Below are positions 19,804-35,670 of a stretch of 64,000 bases of DNA, one piece after another (position 1 is the stretch's first letter; the number at the start of each line of letters is the position of its first letter). This stretch comes from the human T2T-CHM13v2.0 reference genome, Homo sapiens. The position numbers and the translations under genes are program-made. Where the stretch lies: the NCBI RefSeq assembly GCF_009914755.1, contig NC_060936.1; one strand, given 5' to 3'. Below the pieces are notes generated by a model. It worked only from the letters and a program-made list of their open reading frames with translations. It ran no database searches and was not told where the DNA came from.

Positions 19804-20399
19804 TCCATTTTGTTATGAATTAGATAACTCAGCATGCTGGATTTCTCCCACCAATTTTCTCCAAACTAATTTCACTCTTAAAATTACAACAGAAAATTGT
19901 CTTGGTTATCTTGACAGTCTCCTCAGGGATATGAACACAGATCACCCTTCAAAGTGGATCTCCCACACCTGTTTGACGTTGTTAACTAAAAGGTACTAAT
20001 GCCCTAACTTGAGCAACCAGCAGTGCTTTAAATCAGCCAGACATTCCTCTTCAATAAATCCCAAAGCCTCCAAAGCTACAATTGTGTTCTCAGGAGAACA
20101 GAGTTACTAAAACAAGTTCTAGGAAGAGGACAATCCTATAACTTCCAAAGTCCAAGAGAAATAAACATTTAACTTCCAACTTTATTCACTTAGTGATGTC
20201 CCATTGAACCCACTGGTCAATAGGCCATTTGCTTTAAGTTGTTTTTCAGTAATGCAAGCCATACATATTGGTTTAAAGTCAGTTAAAATAAATCCTAACC
20301 TGAATCTACTGAAGTCTTCTTTAACTTATTACAATATTAAATATGTCTTTATCTAGCCATGCATATTTCTATGAATATATCCTTCAGAAAAACATACAA

Positions 20400-20840
20400 T
20401 ATTGTACATTGCAGCATCTTTTCTTGAGGCAAAACTTAAAACGGAAACTGGAAACAATCTGAAAGTCAAATAGCAGGAGACTAATTGAATATATAATGAT
20501 GTAATCACCTTATGGAATATCATGCAGCTATAAAATCAAAAACAAACTAGATAGAATTCCATGAATTGACAGAGAAAGGCGTTCATGATATGTTGTTACA
20601 TATATAAAAAGCAAGTTGCAGAAATATGTGCCCAATTTCATTCTATTTTTCTAAGAAAAGGTATGCATTCTTTTTTCATATAACTGAGGGAAGGTATGAG
20701 AGGGTATATAACAAACTATTAATGATGATCATCTCAGTGCATGGAATTAGAGCACAGTCGAGTTTTACTTTATATACTAGTGAATATTTTGAATTACCAT
20801 ATCAACCATGCATTATTTTGCATCAAGGGAAAAAATAAAA
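20400..20840 (+). mobile_element. L1ME 3' remnant
   Basis: 'aactggaaacaatctgaaagtc...tatggaatatcatgcagctataaaa' resembles old L1 ORF2 end/3'UTR. Confidence 0.55.
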
Positions 20841-21345
20841 TTCGTCTGTTGGGAATGTGAGAAAGTTATCAATCCTTCTTTCCAGGACACTCCTAATATC
20901 ACAATTTAATAAAAATATATCCAGTTTTTTCAATATCTTCAGTAGATAAAGATTTTACAAACTTCTGTAATTTTGTCATAATACTAGTTTTGTTTATCAA
21001 AAGGCTCAGATGTATAATATAGTAGGTAATTCACATACAGTTACTTATCTACTCCTCTACTAACAGCACAGGCTCTGTTATGTCCATTTTACAGATAAGA
21101 AAACAAAATAACTTAAACAAGATCACATAATTCTAGAAAGTAGCCTAGCCAAGATAATAGACTGGAAAGCAGACCTAAGTGGAAAGCTAATGTTCTTCCT
21201 AACACTATACTAGAGCTATTAGGCACATACATCTAAGTTAAATCAATCACTTCATTTCAAATTCATTTGTAAATGAAAATAGCATACTATGGGGATCTAA
21301 AAAACCTACCTTTTAGAGTTGTTTAAAAAGGATCAAAGTGTTTAA

Positions 21346-21760
<415 letters not shown>

Positions 21761-23250
21761 TACCTTCAATCTGTTTTTCAAAAATTACCTGAGTGAAGTC
21801 TCTCCAAATTCTCTAGGTTTCTCTAGACTTGATACCTGATCAGGGATCTTCAATATTGAAGATTACCTCACGACTTCTAAAAGCTAAGATTGTATTCATG
21901 TATCAGAATATCCTGCAGGTGTGGTGTTATGTTTTGTACATTAACAAAATAAAAAATATTGCAGACTCATAATCATTTAACTCTAATATCTTTTTCAGCT
22001 CTACTTGCATATGATTTGTCATTCCTGGCCTTGAATTTGTAATATTTGTTAGCAACTCTATCGGGCAGACAGTGGCCAACAATTTTTACAGGGAAATGCT
22101 CATTACAGCAAAAGATGAAAACTCAGTAGGGTTTAGAAAATGCAAAGCATAGTAAATAAGAAATGGGAAAATGCACTAGACATCAGAGAGGAGGTAGCTC
22201 TGTCCCCTATTGTGTATCCTGAGACATAACTGAATTTATTACTGATGCTGTATTCCCACACAGTTTCAGTGACCAGAAGTGCTTTTCATCCCATCTCTGG
22301 CTGGTCCAAAGATCATACTCTCCAGGGACCTAGTACTTCATAATAATGATTCATTATTTATTCTAGCCCCAGGACATTTCAAATGAGTGTTTCAAACCAC
22401 TGCTGGTTATTATATTGGATTTAACTCTACTGATGCATTTATTGACACCACAGGATCCACCGAAATGCAGCAGTCTCCACAGCTCTTTGAAAGCTGCATC
22501 TTTATTTGATTTTCTTTCTCAAATCCTGAAACCTAGCACAAGAATCTTTCTATGATAATTAATCAAAGTAAACGTATTTGGCGAATTAATTAATAAATGA
22601 ACATTTAAACAAACTAGCAGAGTAAAATCTAATGACTTTAAAGTTTTAAAGAATTAATTATTTTTCTTAATGAGCATAGCAAACATTTTCCAAGCCCATG
22701 CCAAAATAGCCATGAAGGTAGGAGTGGCATCTGGTGTTACCTGGCATACTGAAGAACTCAATTAATAGTTGCTGAGAAAATGAATGACAAGCTAGATTAT
22801 CAAAACAAGTTATCTTATTATTTTTTCTTGATATTATACAAGTGCTATGGAGTAGAAACTGGAAACATGTCTGCTCCTTTTTTATCTACCTTTAACCTTT
22901 CTGCCTGGGATCACTGCTACCTGAGTCACAGTGTCTATATATCCTACAAATAGAAAGAGACATAGGTCATCAGAGAGAAAATTCAGAAGGGTGCTTCCAA
23001 GTCATTTCCAGAAAACCAGCCTTCAGGATCAACAGAAGAAAAGGAAACAAAATAACACCCCCCCACCCCATCCCATATCTCCCTAGAGCATAGATGCTGC
23101 TAATTGGAAAGGGTGCTTTAAACCCTGAAGAGAAACCTCATCTGGAGTCTACTACAAGTAAATCTTCACAGTTGCATTTGCTTGAGCCCATAAGAAAGGA
23201 TGTAGAGGAATGAAAAGAAGAGGCTGTTAGTGTAAATGGTAAACCACATA

Positions 23251-23807
<557 letters not shown>

Positions 23808-23959
23808 CTAGTTAAAAAGGTATTAATGCAGCTTTCTAATTACAGTAATGAAGTAGTTTACAGCAGAATGACTAATTCCTTTGCACAAATATGAAGGGAA
23901 CTCTAGAGAATTACTTTACTATAAAATCCCCCTTTCTCCCCAATGCCACCAGCAGCCTT

Positions 23960-25022
23960 AATAATAGTACCACCATCTACTCATTGCTCAGATTAGAAAC
24001 CTAGTAGTCATCCTGAGTTCTTCTCTTTCACATCCAATTCATTTATAAGTCTTGAGAGCCCTGGCTACAACAAACGTCTCTAAACTGACCATTTCTCACC
24101 TTCGTTGTTACCACCCTATTTTAAAGCAATTAACAGGTCTCCTTGACATCACATGTGCCATCACATTGGCAAGGCAACCCATTTGGCCATTTTCTTCACA
24201 GCAGACAAATTAATTTTTTCTAATTACATCAGACCTCATCCCTTTCCTGCATAAAACACTCAATGACTCTTCATTGCAACATGAATAAACTCCAAACTCC
24301 TTACCATGGCCAAAAACGCCTTCAGTGACCCAGCCTCTGCCTTCCTCTTTAGCCTCATCTCCCTGAGCATTCTCCCTTGTTCACCCATCCCAATCTACTG
24401 GTCTTGTTTCTATCAGACATGCTGAGCTCAATCTCTTTACCCTCAAAATTGTCAAATGGTTGCCTTTTCCCCAACATTCAGACTTTAATTCAGATATCAT
24501 TCTTCTGAGAGATCTTTTTTTTTTTTTTTTTTTGAGATGGAGTTTTGCTCTGTCGCCCAGGCTGGAGTGCAGTAGCACGATCTCGGTTCACTGCAACCTC
24601 CACCTCCCAGGTTCAAGCCATTCTCTGCATCAGCCTCCCGAGTAGCTGGGATTACAGGCGCCCACCATCACGCCCAGCTAATTTTTTGTATTTTTAGTAG
24701 AGACGGGGTTTCACCATCTTGGCCAGGCTGATCTTGAACTCCTGACCTCATGATCCATGTGCCTCGGCCTCCCAAAGTGCTGGGATTACAGGTGTGAGCC
24801 ACCGCGCCTGGCCTCTTCTGAGAGATCTTCCTTAACCAATTTAGTCAATCTGTAATGCATCACTTTATCTTATCTTCTCATGGCTGCACTTTTATCATTT
24901 GTCTCCTCCCACTAAAGTGGAAGCTATGTACAGACAAGGAGTCATCTGTGTTGTTCTTTTCTCTGTCCTCATGAACACAACAGTTCCTAGCACAAAGTAT
25001 GCATTAGTAAATATTTGCCAAC
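23960..25022 (+). mobile_element. L2 3' remnant interrupted by an Alu
   Basis: 'ctcattgctcagattagaaacctagtagtcatcctgag', 'aaactccaaactccttaccatggcc' and 'cagttcctagcacaaagtatgcattagtaaatatttg'. Confidence 0.75.
24517..24813 (-). mobile_element. AluSg-like
   Basis: Reverse Alu. Perfect 16-bp TSD 'tcttctgagagatctt' at 24501-24516 and 24814-24829. Confidence 0.95.
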
Positions 25023-27161
25023 TAACCTAGTACCACCATAAAAGGATATTCTTCTCCAAATAACAAAGCTTCGTGTTCAGAATTAGCACACCTGGAAGCT
25101 CCATTTTGAAAAACAAACAGCTTATCTCTTTGAAAGGAATATTTCAGACCACTGTGTGATACGATTTGCATCCCTAAGCAAAGAAATGACTTGTCATGGG
25201 CAGACACTATAAGTAGTTCATTTTTCATTCTCACTGGATTAAGATGTAAAAGTCTGATTTCAACATCCTGAGACCTTCAAACTAAACTTGATGAATTATT
25301 TCCCTTCTCTGGTCAATGGATAAACAGAAACTTCTTGTCAATTCTCACTATAATTTACTGAATCTTAATCTTTGGAAATCTGTTTGCTCCATCTTAGTGC
25401 AGTTACAGCTCCACTGTGTGGAAAAACAAGGGAGACAGGCAATAGAATATAGGTATGTTACCTAAGTGACCAGTGAGAAAATTTGGGAAAGTGTGTATAA
25501 GAGATTATAATCTGTAAAAACATATGCACAAAATATCAGAATGATAAAGAGTATTTTATTCTTATCTAGATTGGATATGGTATTTCTAAAAATTAATTAT
25601 GAATCAGGGGCCAATAAATATTTGATTATTTACATGCTGTCTTTCCCATCTTCCCGCCTCTTATTTCCATAGCACGCTTGAAGCTGTTCAGCAATTTTCG
25701 CTTTTAACTATTGCATCTCTGTCAGTAAACACTCTGACATGTATAAAAATCACAAATACAAAACACAAAATTCATTCTAGTCAGATCCAGAAATGAGACA
25801 ATTTAAAGCAAATAATTCCCTATGTGTAGATACATAGAGATGCAGCTATGGAAACTAGCAGAGGCAGCACTCTCTTTTCTGAAAAGAAATGTTTTCCATT
25901 GACTTGCATCCCTTGACCTTTGCCTAGGAAAAAAGATCCTTCATAAAACTGTCAATCATTACGAGTGACACTAAATCAAGACCTAATCAATGTCCAACTG
26001 GCTCAGTTTCCAGGAGATCAGGTGCAGAGATAAGTTAATAATCTCTTCCCAAAAGGCTCAGAAATATTTTTAACATTTCTTAGGATTTCATACATTGCAA
26101 TTTTGGGTCTTCAAGGCACCAAAGCATAGTCTGATTTCTAGTAACACAGCAACACTCAAACAAAGAGCTACGCAGCTTCTACTGGTTTACCGCTGAAGAC
26201 TTTAAAACCATTTCAGACCCAGTTTCAACAAATGACTGATGGAAATAGTAGAATTCTTTCCTTCCCTAGCTTCAGTGGGTAGAATGAGCTCCACTATGTA
26301 CTACTGGGTCTTTCATTGGACTAACCCATTAGAAGGCTTCAGCTGTTGGTGAAATTAGAAACTAGGCAAAGTTTATCTTTGGTGACTCAAGCAAGATAAA
26401 CCCTCATCTCCACTCTCCCCCATGCTCCTGTTGCTCAAGTTCTTTTCCTATCAAAACATCCTCTGTGCAAGAAATCAGAACTCCCTAGCATTAAAATAAA
26501 TGTTCGCTAGAAGCTTCAAGGATGACCTTTCTCAAGGAGCTAAGGAAACGAACAGGAATCAGAGCTCTGAATTATAGTATGTTTTCCAGAAAAAGAGAAC
26601 AGGTAGGGAGATGATAGGGGAGTTTTACCTGAACCTGTAAAATGGTACCACACAGCAGCTATCTGCTTTGTCTACACTGTGGTTGTCAATTCAGTTAAAA
26701 ACTTCAAAACCAGACTCTTCTCTCAAGTCGTTCATAATTCAGACAAGTAAACAATTAATTTTCATTTATGAAATAATTGCAAGGATATTTAAAGGACAGA
26801 ATTAGTACAAAAAAAGGTTAAGTTTTACAGAGGAGGCAATAATTGAGCTTGGTTTCCAAGAATGAATAAGAATTTGTCAGTGGTTGTGGTTAAAGGACAT
26901 TTTAAGCAATGGGATCAAAATGAGCAAGCTAAGGTGAACTGAAAAGCATTATATTAGTAGCATGGACTCTAATTCACCTCTCTTCCCCCTCCAGAAGATT
27001 CTGACCTTAAGTATTACGAACTCTGCTTACAACTATCAGTGTTCAGTTTTAGGACATAAATATGTATTGAGAATATTATTGATGGATATTCACTGTGTGG
27101 AATACAATGATGAGTAAGGTACAGCCCAACCTCAAAGCAGTTTACAATATAATGGGTTTAG

Positions 27162-27568
<407 letters not shown>

Positions 27569-28294
27569 ATAGACCAGCCTTTACTCAGCTAACAGTATGC
27601 AGGCCTGTTAGAGTAAGGAGAGCTCTGCTCCAAGTGTTGACAAATATCCCTCCCCCTGTGGCTAAATCAGCCTGCCCGGTCATCCGTGACGAAAGTTTGA
27701 GCTCACCAGGAAGCCTTGACTCCTTTGGCCAGATATCCAGCTGATTGTTTTGGACAATTATGAATTGGGTAAATATTTTCTTAAGGCTGAAATGTTAACA
27801 GTTTGGGTAAATGCTCTCCAAAGCTTCAGGTAGGGAGTCAACCACACTTTTCCTTTAGAAAGTCTCATCCTCTCACTTTTAACCTTTTAAAGCAGTATGG
27901 GCAAGATTGGAATTCACTGCTGCTTTTCTTTTTTCCTTTTTTATTTTCTTGAGTGCAGAAGCATGGAGGACCCGTGTTAAGAGGTCCTTCTCTCTCAAGA
28001 AAACATCTGAAGTCCAAACACCTGCCTTGAGATTCCCACTTACGGAATGATATGAGCCTCTCATGTAAAATGAATGCAGTAACAAAAGATGAAAGCAATC
28101 TTAGTAAACACTGAGATTTCATTATATGAAAAAAATGTGAATGGGGTATTCTGTAGTTTAGAATCACAGGAGCATAGACTCAAAAAGACCTCAGAGGCCA
28201 TTTCATCTGATTTCTCATTTTATGATTTAGGGAATTCATTTTCATTCATTCACTTATTCAAAACTCAAAATGATTCATCCTAGGCCAGCATTCA

Positions 28295-28645
28295 TCTTAC
28301 TGACTCTCAAAGTATAATCCCAGCAGCATTAACATCACCTGGGCCTTCCTAAAAGTAAAAATTCTTTTTCATTTTATTTACTCATTTATTTATGAGACAG
28401 AGTCTCACTTTTTTGTGCAGTCTGGTTTCAAACTCCTGGCTTCAAGTGATCTTCCCACCTCAGCCTCGCAAAGTGTTGGGATTACAGGCGTAAGCCACTG
28501 TGCCCAACCAAAAAAAAAAAAAAATTCTTGAGTCCCATCCCAGATCTACTGCATTGGAAGCTGCGGTAGTAGGGCCCAGCATCTGTATTTTAACAAATCC
28601 TCCAATTTATTATAGTGCATGTAGAAGTTTGAGAATTACTTCCCT
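28295..28645. mobile_element. MER5A (hAT-Charlie) split by a FLAM/free left Alu monomer (~28365-28509, minus)
   Basis: 'cagcagcattaacatcacctggg' ... 'cccatcccagatctactg...gggcccagcatctgtattttaacaa...aagtttgagaattact'. The monomer is flanked by TSD 'aaaaattctt'. Confidence 0.75.
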
Positions 28646-29644
28646 ATACCCTATAAGTGAAATGTATTAGTCAGGGATATATAGTTTAACTGGTTTAAGC
28701 AAAAAAGGGAATCTGTGCTCTGTACAACTATTAAGTTCAGGGAATAATACTTTCTCCAGAATATCTGTGAAAAACACCACATTTTTGCAATGACTCCCAA
28801 TTTCCTTCCCCATCAACTACATACTCCTCTGTTACAGTTGTACATAATCTTGCTCCCAAGTTGCCTAACTTGATTTTCCACTGCTCTTCAACAGGCATCT
28901 CAGTTAGACTTTGTAGTCTCCTCTCCATGCCTTGACCATGCCATGTCCATTTCCCTCATTCCCATTTCATCCATGAAGTTCCCCTCGACCGTAACACTTT
29001 GCATTCCCTCCACCTATCAAAAATCCTGCCCAGACATTAAGATTTAAGCTTACATTCCACCACTTACATAAAAAATCCTTTGTCTGCTCCAACCCTTTCT
29101 TATAACTGTCTTATGAACTCCCACAACATTTAAGTCTCTGACTCACACAATGTAGCTGTTAATTACATTTCTGTCTTAGGGACTGTTTCGTTGTAAAAGA
29201 ACCCATCTGTGTTAGCTTAAATAAGTGTAGATAGTGGTAAGGATTCGGATGGATTTCCCATAATCCAATTGCAGGATAATGAGCTAAACCTCAACAGGTT
29301 TGAAAGTCTTAAGTATTAGATAAGAGCACTTACTCCTCATGTTGCAATATGAATAGACATATACTGGCCTCTCTCCTTAACCCTCAATCAATCTTAATCA
29401 ATTATCTGACTGGTGAGTTTGAAGGAAGAAACTACACATGCTTTGTGCAGCCCTTTCCTTTCTTCTCCTTGGGAATCTTCTGAATGGGGCGTTCAAGGGC
29501 AGGTCCCCACAGCAGGGAAAAACCAGGATGGGACGGTGGGCAGCACTGCAGTTTTCCAAGTCTGCCTTTGATTAGGTAGATAAGTTTATTTCTGCAGTGA
29601 AGTTGGTAAGCCCCTTGATACTGCAAGATTAAAGTTGTCCTCCT

Positions 29645-29987
<343 letters not shown>

Positions 29988-30249
29988 TTAATTATCTGTC
30001 CCTCAATTGGTTTGGAACTCAGGAGATGAAAAAGGGGGTGTTATCAATGGTCACACTAAAATTTAGATAATAGGCACTGATCTTTTCTCTATCTGAAGCT
30101 GCATATTTAGGATTTCTGCTGTAATCCACTCCAATTCATCTCACTCTGAAAACTAACTTCTTTTTAACTGGATCTTCTGGTTCCTCACTAACTTGGGCTT
30201 TTATATGGAACTAGTGTTATTATTAGTGACAGAGATTACTAATTTTCAC

Positions 30250-30915
30250 CAAAATTTAATCTCCTCTGCTTCTTTATTAAGAGAACACCCAAATAGGTGG
30301 TGAATGGTGGCCCAGAATAAAGAATACATTTCTCATCTAGGTGTGGACATGTGTTAAAATTCTCACCAATGAGATTTAAGTGGAAGAGCTGTGCACACTT
30401 CCCAGAAGATATCCTAAAAAGGGAAGGAGTTTGATCTTTTCTTCCAATTTCTTCCATTCTATTGATTGAAATGCAATTCTAATGTCTGGAGCGAGGGCAG
30501 CCATTTTGGACCATGACAGAGAAACAGAGGTGTGCTAGATCTGGCTTATATGAGCTTGGGAGAGCAGATGATTAAACATTGAGGAATTCTGCAAGCTGGT
30601 TGTTAAACCATTGTAGCTTGAAATTGGCCATGGTGGGAGTATTTCCACCATGAAAATCAGGCAAATGCTACAAATTATGCCATTTTCCCCCCCAGAGGGC
30701 CAGTTTACCAGCCTGCGACTGGGTAAAAGCCACATGTTGAAAATGGTAGAGCAATAAGACAGAAGGGGTCTGAGTCCCTGATGATCATGAAATGGCTAGC
30801 CAGATGAGCCTTCAGGACTGCCTATATTTACATCAGAGAAAAATAAGTTACCATCTTGCTTAGGCATTGTAATTTTTGCTTTCTGCCCCTCAAAGCCAAA
30901 TTTAATTGTAACTAA
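30250..30915 (+). mobile_element. Ancient ERVL/MaLR-type LTR interrupted by MER63
   Basis: 'tctggagcgagggcagccattttggaccatgac' resumes after the insertion as 'ccacatgttgaaaatggtagagcaataagacagaaggggtctgagtccctgatg'. Confidence 0.55.
30525..30721 (+). mobile_element. MER63 (hAT-Blackjack) DNA transposon
   Basis: 'gtagcttgaaattggccatggtgggagtatttccaccatgaaaatcaggcaaatgctacaaat'. Termini 'cagaggtgtgct' and 'ccagcctgcgactg'. Confidence 0.75.
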
Positions 30916-31190
30916 AGCCCATTTGAGGCACTAGGCCCAACTCAACACTATCTAAATACAGTTTTGGGGTCATTAAGGAAACTGAGAAAGAAAATATAAC
31001 TTGTTCAGCTTAGGTCAGGTATTCACATTCCTGGTGCAATCTGTGGGGCCAGAGATGTGGGTTCCATGGTACACACCTAGCCACCTAAACCTATCCTTTC
31101 AGCAGGGGCTATTGATTCACATCTGAAAAAGAAGATATGGGCTGATAGACATCCCAAACTAGTTTACTATGCTACCATTTGCTATATTAG

Positions 31191-31524
<334 letters not shown>

Positions 31525-32186
31525 CTTATCTAATATCATTCTATGTAGCATCTATTCCTTTTAAGCTTATTTGTCTGAATTATTTTCCAAAAATGTTTTA
31601 TAAATCATTGTTCATATGCATTTTTCCTTTCATTGGTAGATATAGATTTTCTGTTTTGCCATGAGTGCAGTAGACTGTTTTATACTCTGTCAGCCACTGA
31701 GCACTCTACTATGCTGCCCTAAGTATCTTGTTTATTCCAGTATGGTCTCTCTCCATTTATTTTATGTTCTAGCCAACCATTTTGACCAATAATGCCTGAC
31801 AAAACTGTTCAAATGATGGTGCTGTACCACAGGAGACCTTCAAATACCTGTTTTACTGCAGCTCTAAGTACCTTCAAGGAAACAGAGAATAAAGAGAATA
31901 AGAGACTTGTAAAGATCTTTTGACTATACGAAAACCCTCATAAACATGACTGCATCCAAGGAGGATTGACCAAAAATCATGTGAATATGGAGCTATAGGA
32001 CGACATAGATGGAGGCATATCAGACTTTAGGGGATCTGAAAAGACTGGAAAAACTACTGTCACTGTAGTTTTTCAGTGGAAAGGCATTTCCAGTGGACTT
32101 TGCTATCATGACCTTTTATATTGCTGATTCAGTTAGGGCACCCCAATTCAAAGACACAATGCAGCATGTAAATGCATCTACTTAAA

Positions 32187-32187
<1 letters not shown>

Positions 32188-32236
<49 letters not shown>
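32188..32236. repeat. (TG)n microsatellite
   Basis: About 22 uninterrupted TG units. Confidence 0.97.
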
Positions 32237-32238
<2 letters not shown>

Positions 32239-33519
32239 TTCATATCTGAATTGATATTATATTGCTAATCATATTATAAACTCCTGGTGGACCTGGAGAG
32301 AAAAAATAAATAAATAAGACAGGATCCTTAACCTATTACAGAAAAGAGAAAAATAAAGAGAACACTACAAAATGGTGTGAAAAGTGCTATGAGAGAGGTA
32401 AGCAACGTGTAGTGTTCATAAAAGTTGACTTTCCAATATTCATTCCACTCCCTGCGGACAGTATAATCCACCAATGAGAATCCTATTCCCTTGACTGGCC
32501 ATTGGCTTCAAAAGTGAACATATGATTCAGTCTTGGTTAATGAGACACAGAAGGAAGTGGGAAGTTTTCTGAGAAAGTTTTCTCACTCCTAAACTGGAGA
32601 CATAAAGAAGAGATGCTCCCTCTCTTTCGCTGAACTTTGGAGTGGGCTTACTATAAGGCAGTAGATATTATTTTAGCACATGGAAAAGAAGGCCTGGAAA
32701 GAAAAAGGTATCTGAGTAGACAGACTTTAAATGCCATAGGAGGAAGTACCATTCTTCTCATGGCCAGGAGCTAAACCTTTTAAAAAAGGCCTAGACCAAT
32801 TACTTTGCATGATAACTAATTGCAGAAATCTTATCCCTATTCCTTACTATGTTATAGGGCTAGGACCAAGTGTAAAGCAAAACCACAAGCACAGCACCTT
32901 GGCCAGCCCAACTGGCAGTGTTAAGATCAAAAATTCCATTTTTTTTTTCCTAAGAGTGAGATTGAGTATTTGATGGTGAGAAAAACAAAATGATTAGTAT
33001 GAAAATTTTGGGGGGAAATGGAACTATTCAATGATCCCTTCCCCAAATTCTTCATCCGTCAAACTACTCATACAGGAGTTTTGCTTTCTTCAGGTGCACC
33101 TCAAGAAACACATGTTTCTCAGGAGACTGATATACTAACCAATCTCTATAATTATTTCTAAATCCTGTCCTTTCAGAGTCTTGTTCTCTCCACTGGTCAT
33201 GTGAGGTTCTTAATCCTCACTTTGCATCAAAATCATTAGATTAAAAAACAAAACAAAACAAAACCCTAAAACTACAATACCAAGAACAATTGAAGCTAAT
33301 ATGAAGCCAAGACTGAGAAACACTAACTCATTGTACTGGGGACTAAACATCAAGAATCGCAGAGGAAGGCCTGGAGCTAAGAATAAAACTCTACCTCACG
33401 TTCTATGTCTAAAGAAGTTACAGATGTATGGGACAGACATCCTCATGCAGGCATTAAAGGCAGTTAATACTTCAGCAGACTCACTTCTCTGATTAAAGAC
33501 TTGGAGAAAACAGAGGTCA

Positions 33520-33838
33520 CGCTGGGTGGGTGGCTCACACCTGTAATCCCATCACTGCCAAGGCAGGCGGATCACCTGAGGTCAGGAGTTCAACACCAGC
33601 CTGGCCAACAAGATGAAACCCTATCTCTACTTTAAAAAAAAGAAAAGAAAAATTAGCTGGGTGTGATGCCACACACCTGAAATCCCAGCTACTTGGGGGG
33701 CTGAGGCAGGAGAATTGCTTGAACTTGGGAGGCGGAGGTTTCAGTGAGCCAAGTTATGCCACTGCACCCCAGCCTGGGTGACAAAGTGAAACCCTGTCTC
33801 AAAAAAAAAAAAAGAAAGAAAGAAAGAAAAGAAAGAAA
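33520..33838 (+). mobile_element. AluS with A/(GAAA)n tail
   Basis: Alu dimer with a small deletion after 'cccatcact'. Confidence 0.9.
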
Positions 33839-34481
33839 ACAGGGGTTATCTCTTAGGGAGATGCATTTTGTGGAGGGCTGACTATCCCTTCCACCATCTC
33901 TTACTGTTTGGGGAGTTAGAATGTGACCTAGGCATTCCACATGAACTAAAATGTGCTTCCCACCAACACCACTAAGCTGGGGATTGGAGATTGGCTCTGA
34001 TCTGAAAGTTGTCACATCATTGACCTGACACAGCACCTGATCCTTGGGAGAGCAGAGGGAGGAGAGAGGTGCTGAAGCTGAGAAGTGCCAGAGGACAGAC
34101 TGCATTGCCACTCTTTGGAGTAGCAAGAATAAAGGGTTTCGCATGGCACTGATAAATACCAAGGAAGGTGGCGGGAGGCTTAAGTCTTCGTGCTTTCCCA
34201 TGAAACTGGGTACTATGGTATGAAGAAGATTGTTACACCTGAGAGAGGTCTCCACCTGAAGCCTGGTCAGAAATATCCTATAGAGTCCACTGAAGAACCA
34301 GCATATGTGTCTCAAGAGAGACCACATTCAGACTCCTTCCTATGGATTCAACCAAAAGACAGTCTGTTGGCCAAATAAACAGCCACAACCTACGGAGAGA
34401 AGTGAGGACAAGACAACCTCACTAGAGGCAGGCAGGTAAGAGGAGTCAATGTCAGCCTCAGTTTCTACATCAGAGGGTAAC

Positions 34482-34934
34482 TGTCAGGCCTCTGAGCCCA
34501 AGCCAACCCATCGCATCCCCTGTGACTTGCACATATACGCCCAGATGGCCTGAAGTAACTGAAGAATCACAAAAGAAGTGAATATGCCCTGCCCCACCTT
34601 AACTGATGACATTCCACCACAAAAGAAGTGTAAATGGCCGGTCCTTGCCTTAACTGATGACATTACCTTGTGAAAGTCCTTTTCCTGGCTCATCCTGGCT
34701 CAAAAAGCACCCCCACTGAGCATCTTGCGACCCCCACTCCTGCCCGCCAGAGAACAAACCCCCTTTGACTGTAATTTTCCTTTACCTACCCAAATCCTAT
34801 AAAACGGCCCCACCCTTATCTCCCTTCACTGATTCTCTTTTTGGACTCAGCCTGCCTGCACCCAGGTGAAATAAAGAGCCATGTTGCTCACACAAAGCCT
34901 GTTTGGTGGTCTCTTCACACCGACGCACATGAAA
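34482..34934 (+). promoter_or_regulatory. 5' LTR7 (LTR7up-type) promoter
   Basis: Two ACAAAAGA SOX-type motifs (34569-34576, 34619-34626), TATAAAA (34798-34804), KLF-type GGCCCCACCC (34806-34815) and AATAAA (34870-34875). Confidence 0.9.
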
Positions 34935-34936
34935 TT

Positions 34937-34954
34937 TGGTGCCGTGACTCAGAT
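34937..34954 (+). other. Primer binding site complementary to tRNA-His
   Basis: 'tggtgccgtgactcagat' immediately after the 5' LTR. One mismatch to the canonical tggtgccgtgactcggat. Confidence 0.92.
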
Positions 34955-35077
34955 CGGGGGACCTCCCTTGGGAGATCAATCCGCTGTACTCCTGTTCTTT
35001 GCTCCTTGAGAAAGATCCACCTATGACCTCAGGTCCTCAGACCGACCAGCCCAAGGAACATCTCACCAATTTTAAAT

Positions 35078-35086
35078 CGGGTAAGC
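35078..35086 (+). promoter_or_regulatory. HERV-H major splice donor
   Basis: CGG|GTAAGC in the leader, ~150 nt past the LTR. This is the usual position of the HERV-H donor. Confidence 0.8.
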
Positions 35087-35530
35087 AGCCTCTTCTTACT
35101 CTCTTCTCCAACCTCTCTCACTGTCCCTCAACCACTTTCTCCTTTCCACTCTTCAATCTCTCCCTTCTCTTAATTTCAATTCCTTTCATTTTCTGGGAGA
35201 GACAAAGGAGACACGTTTTATCCGTGGACCCAAAACTCCGGCGCCAGTCACGGACTGGGAAGGCAGCCTTCCCTTGGTGTTTAATCATTGCAGGGACGCC
35301 TCTCTGATTATACACCCACGTTTCAAGGGTGTCAGACCACGCAGGGACGCCTGCCTTTGTCCTTCACCCTTAGCAGCAAGTCCCGCTTTTCTGGGGAAGG
35401 GGCAAGTACCCCAACTCCTTCTCTCCTTGTCTCTACCCCTTCTCTTCTTTTCTGGGAGAGGGGCAGGTACCCCTCAACCCCTTCTCCTTCACCCTTAGCG
35501 GCAAGTCCCGCTTTTCTACGGGGCAAGAAT

Positions 35531-35670
35531 CCCCAATTCCTTATTTCCATGCCCCAACCTCTTATCTCTGCACCCCAACCCCTTATTTCTGCACCCCAAC
35601 CTCTTATATCTCTGTGCCCCAATCCCTTATTTCTGCACCCCAACCTCATATCTCTGCACCCCAACCCCTT
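35531..35670 (+). repeat. HERV-H leader tandem repeat (~21-23-bp units 'ccccaaccccttatttctgca')
   Basis: About 6 degenerate copies visible. Confidence 0.85.

Noticed and set aside
33689-34327. Longest ORF in the window (212 aa, minus strand)
   Set aside because: It has no recognisable domain, ends in Alu-derived sequence and crosses probable old LTR-like DNA.
35531-35670. Short regularly spaced repeats resembling a CRISPR-like array
   Set aside because: The units are head-to-tail with no unique spacers. This is the known HERV-H leader tandem repeat in a primate genome.
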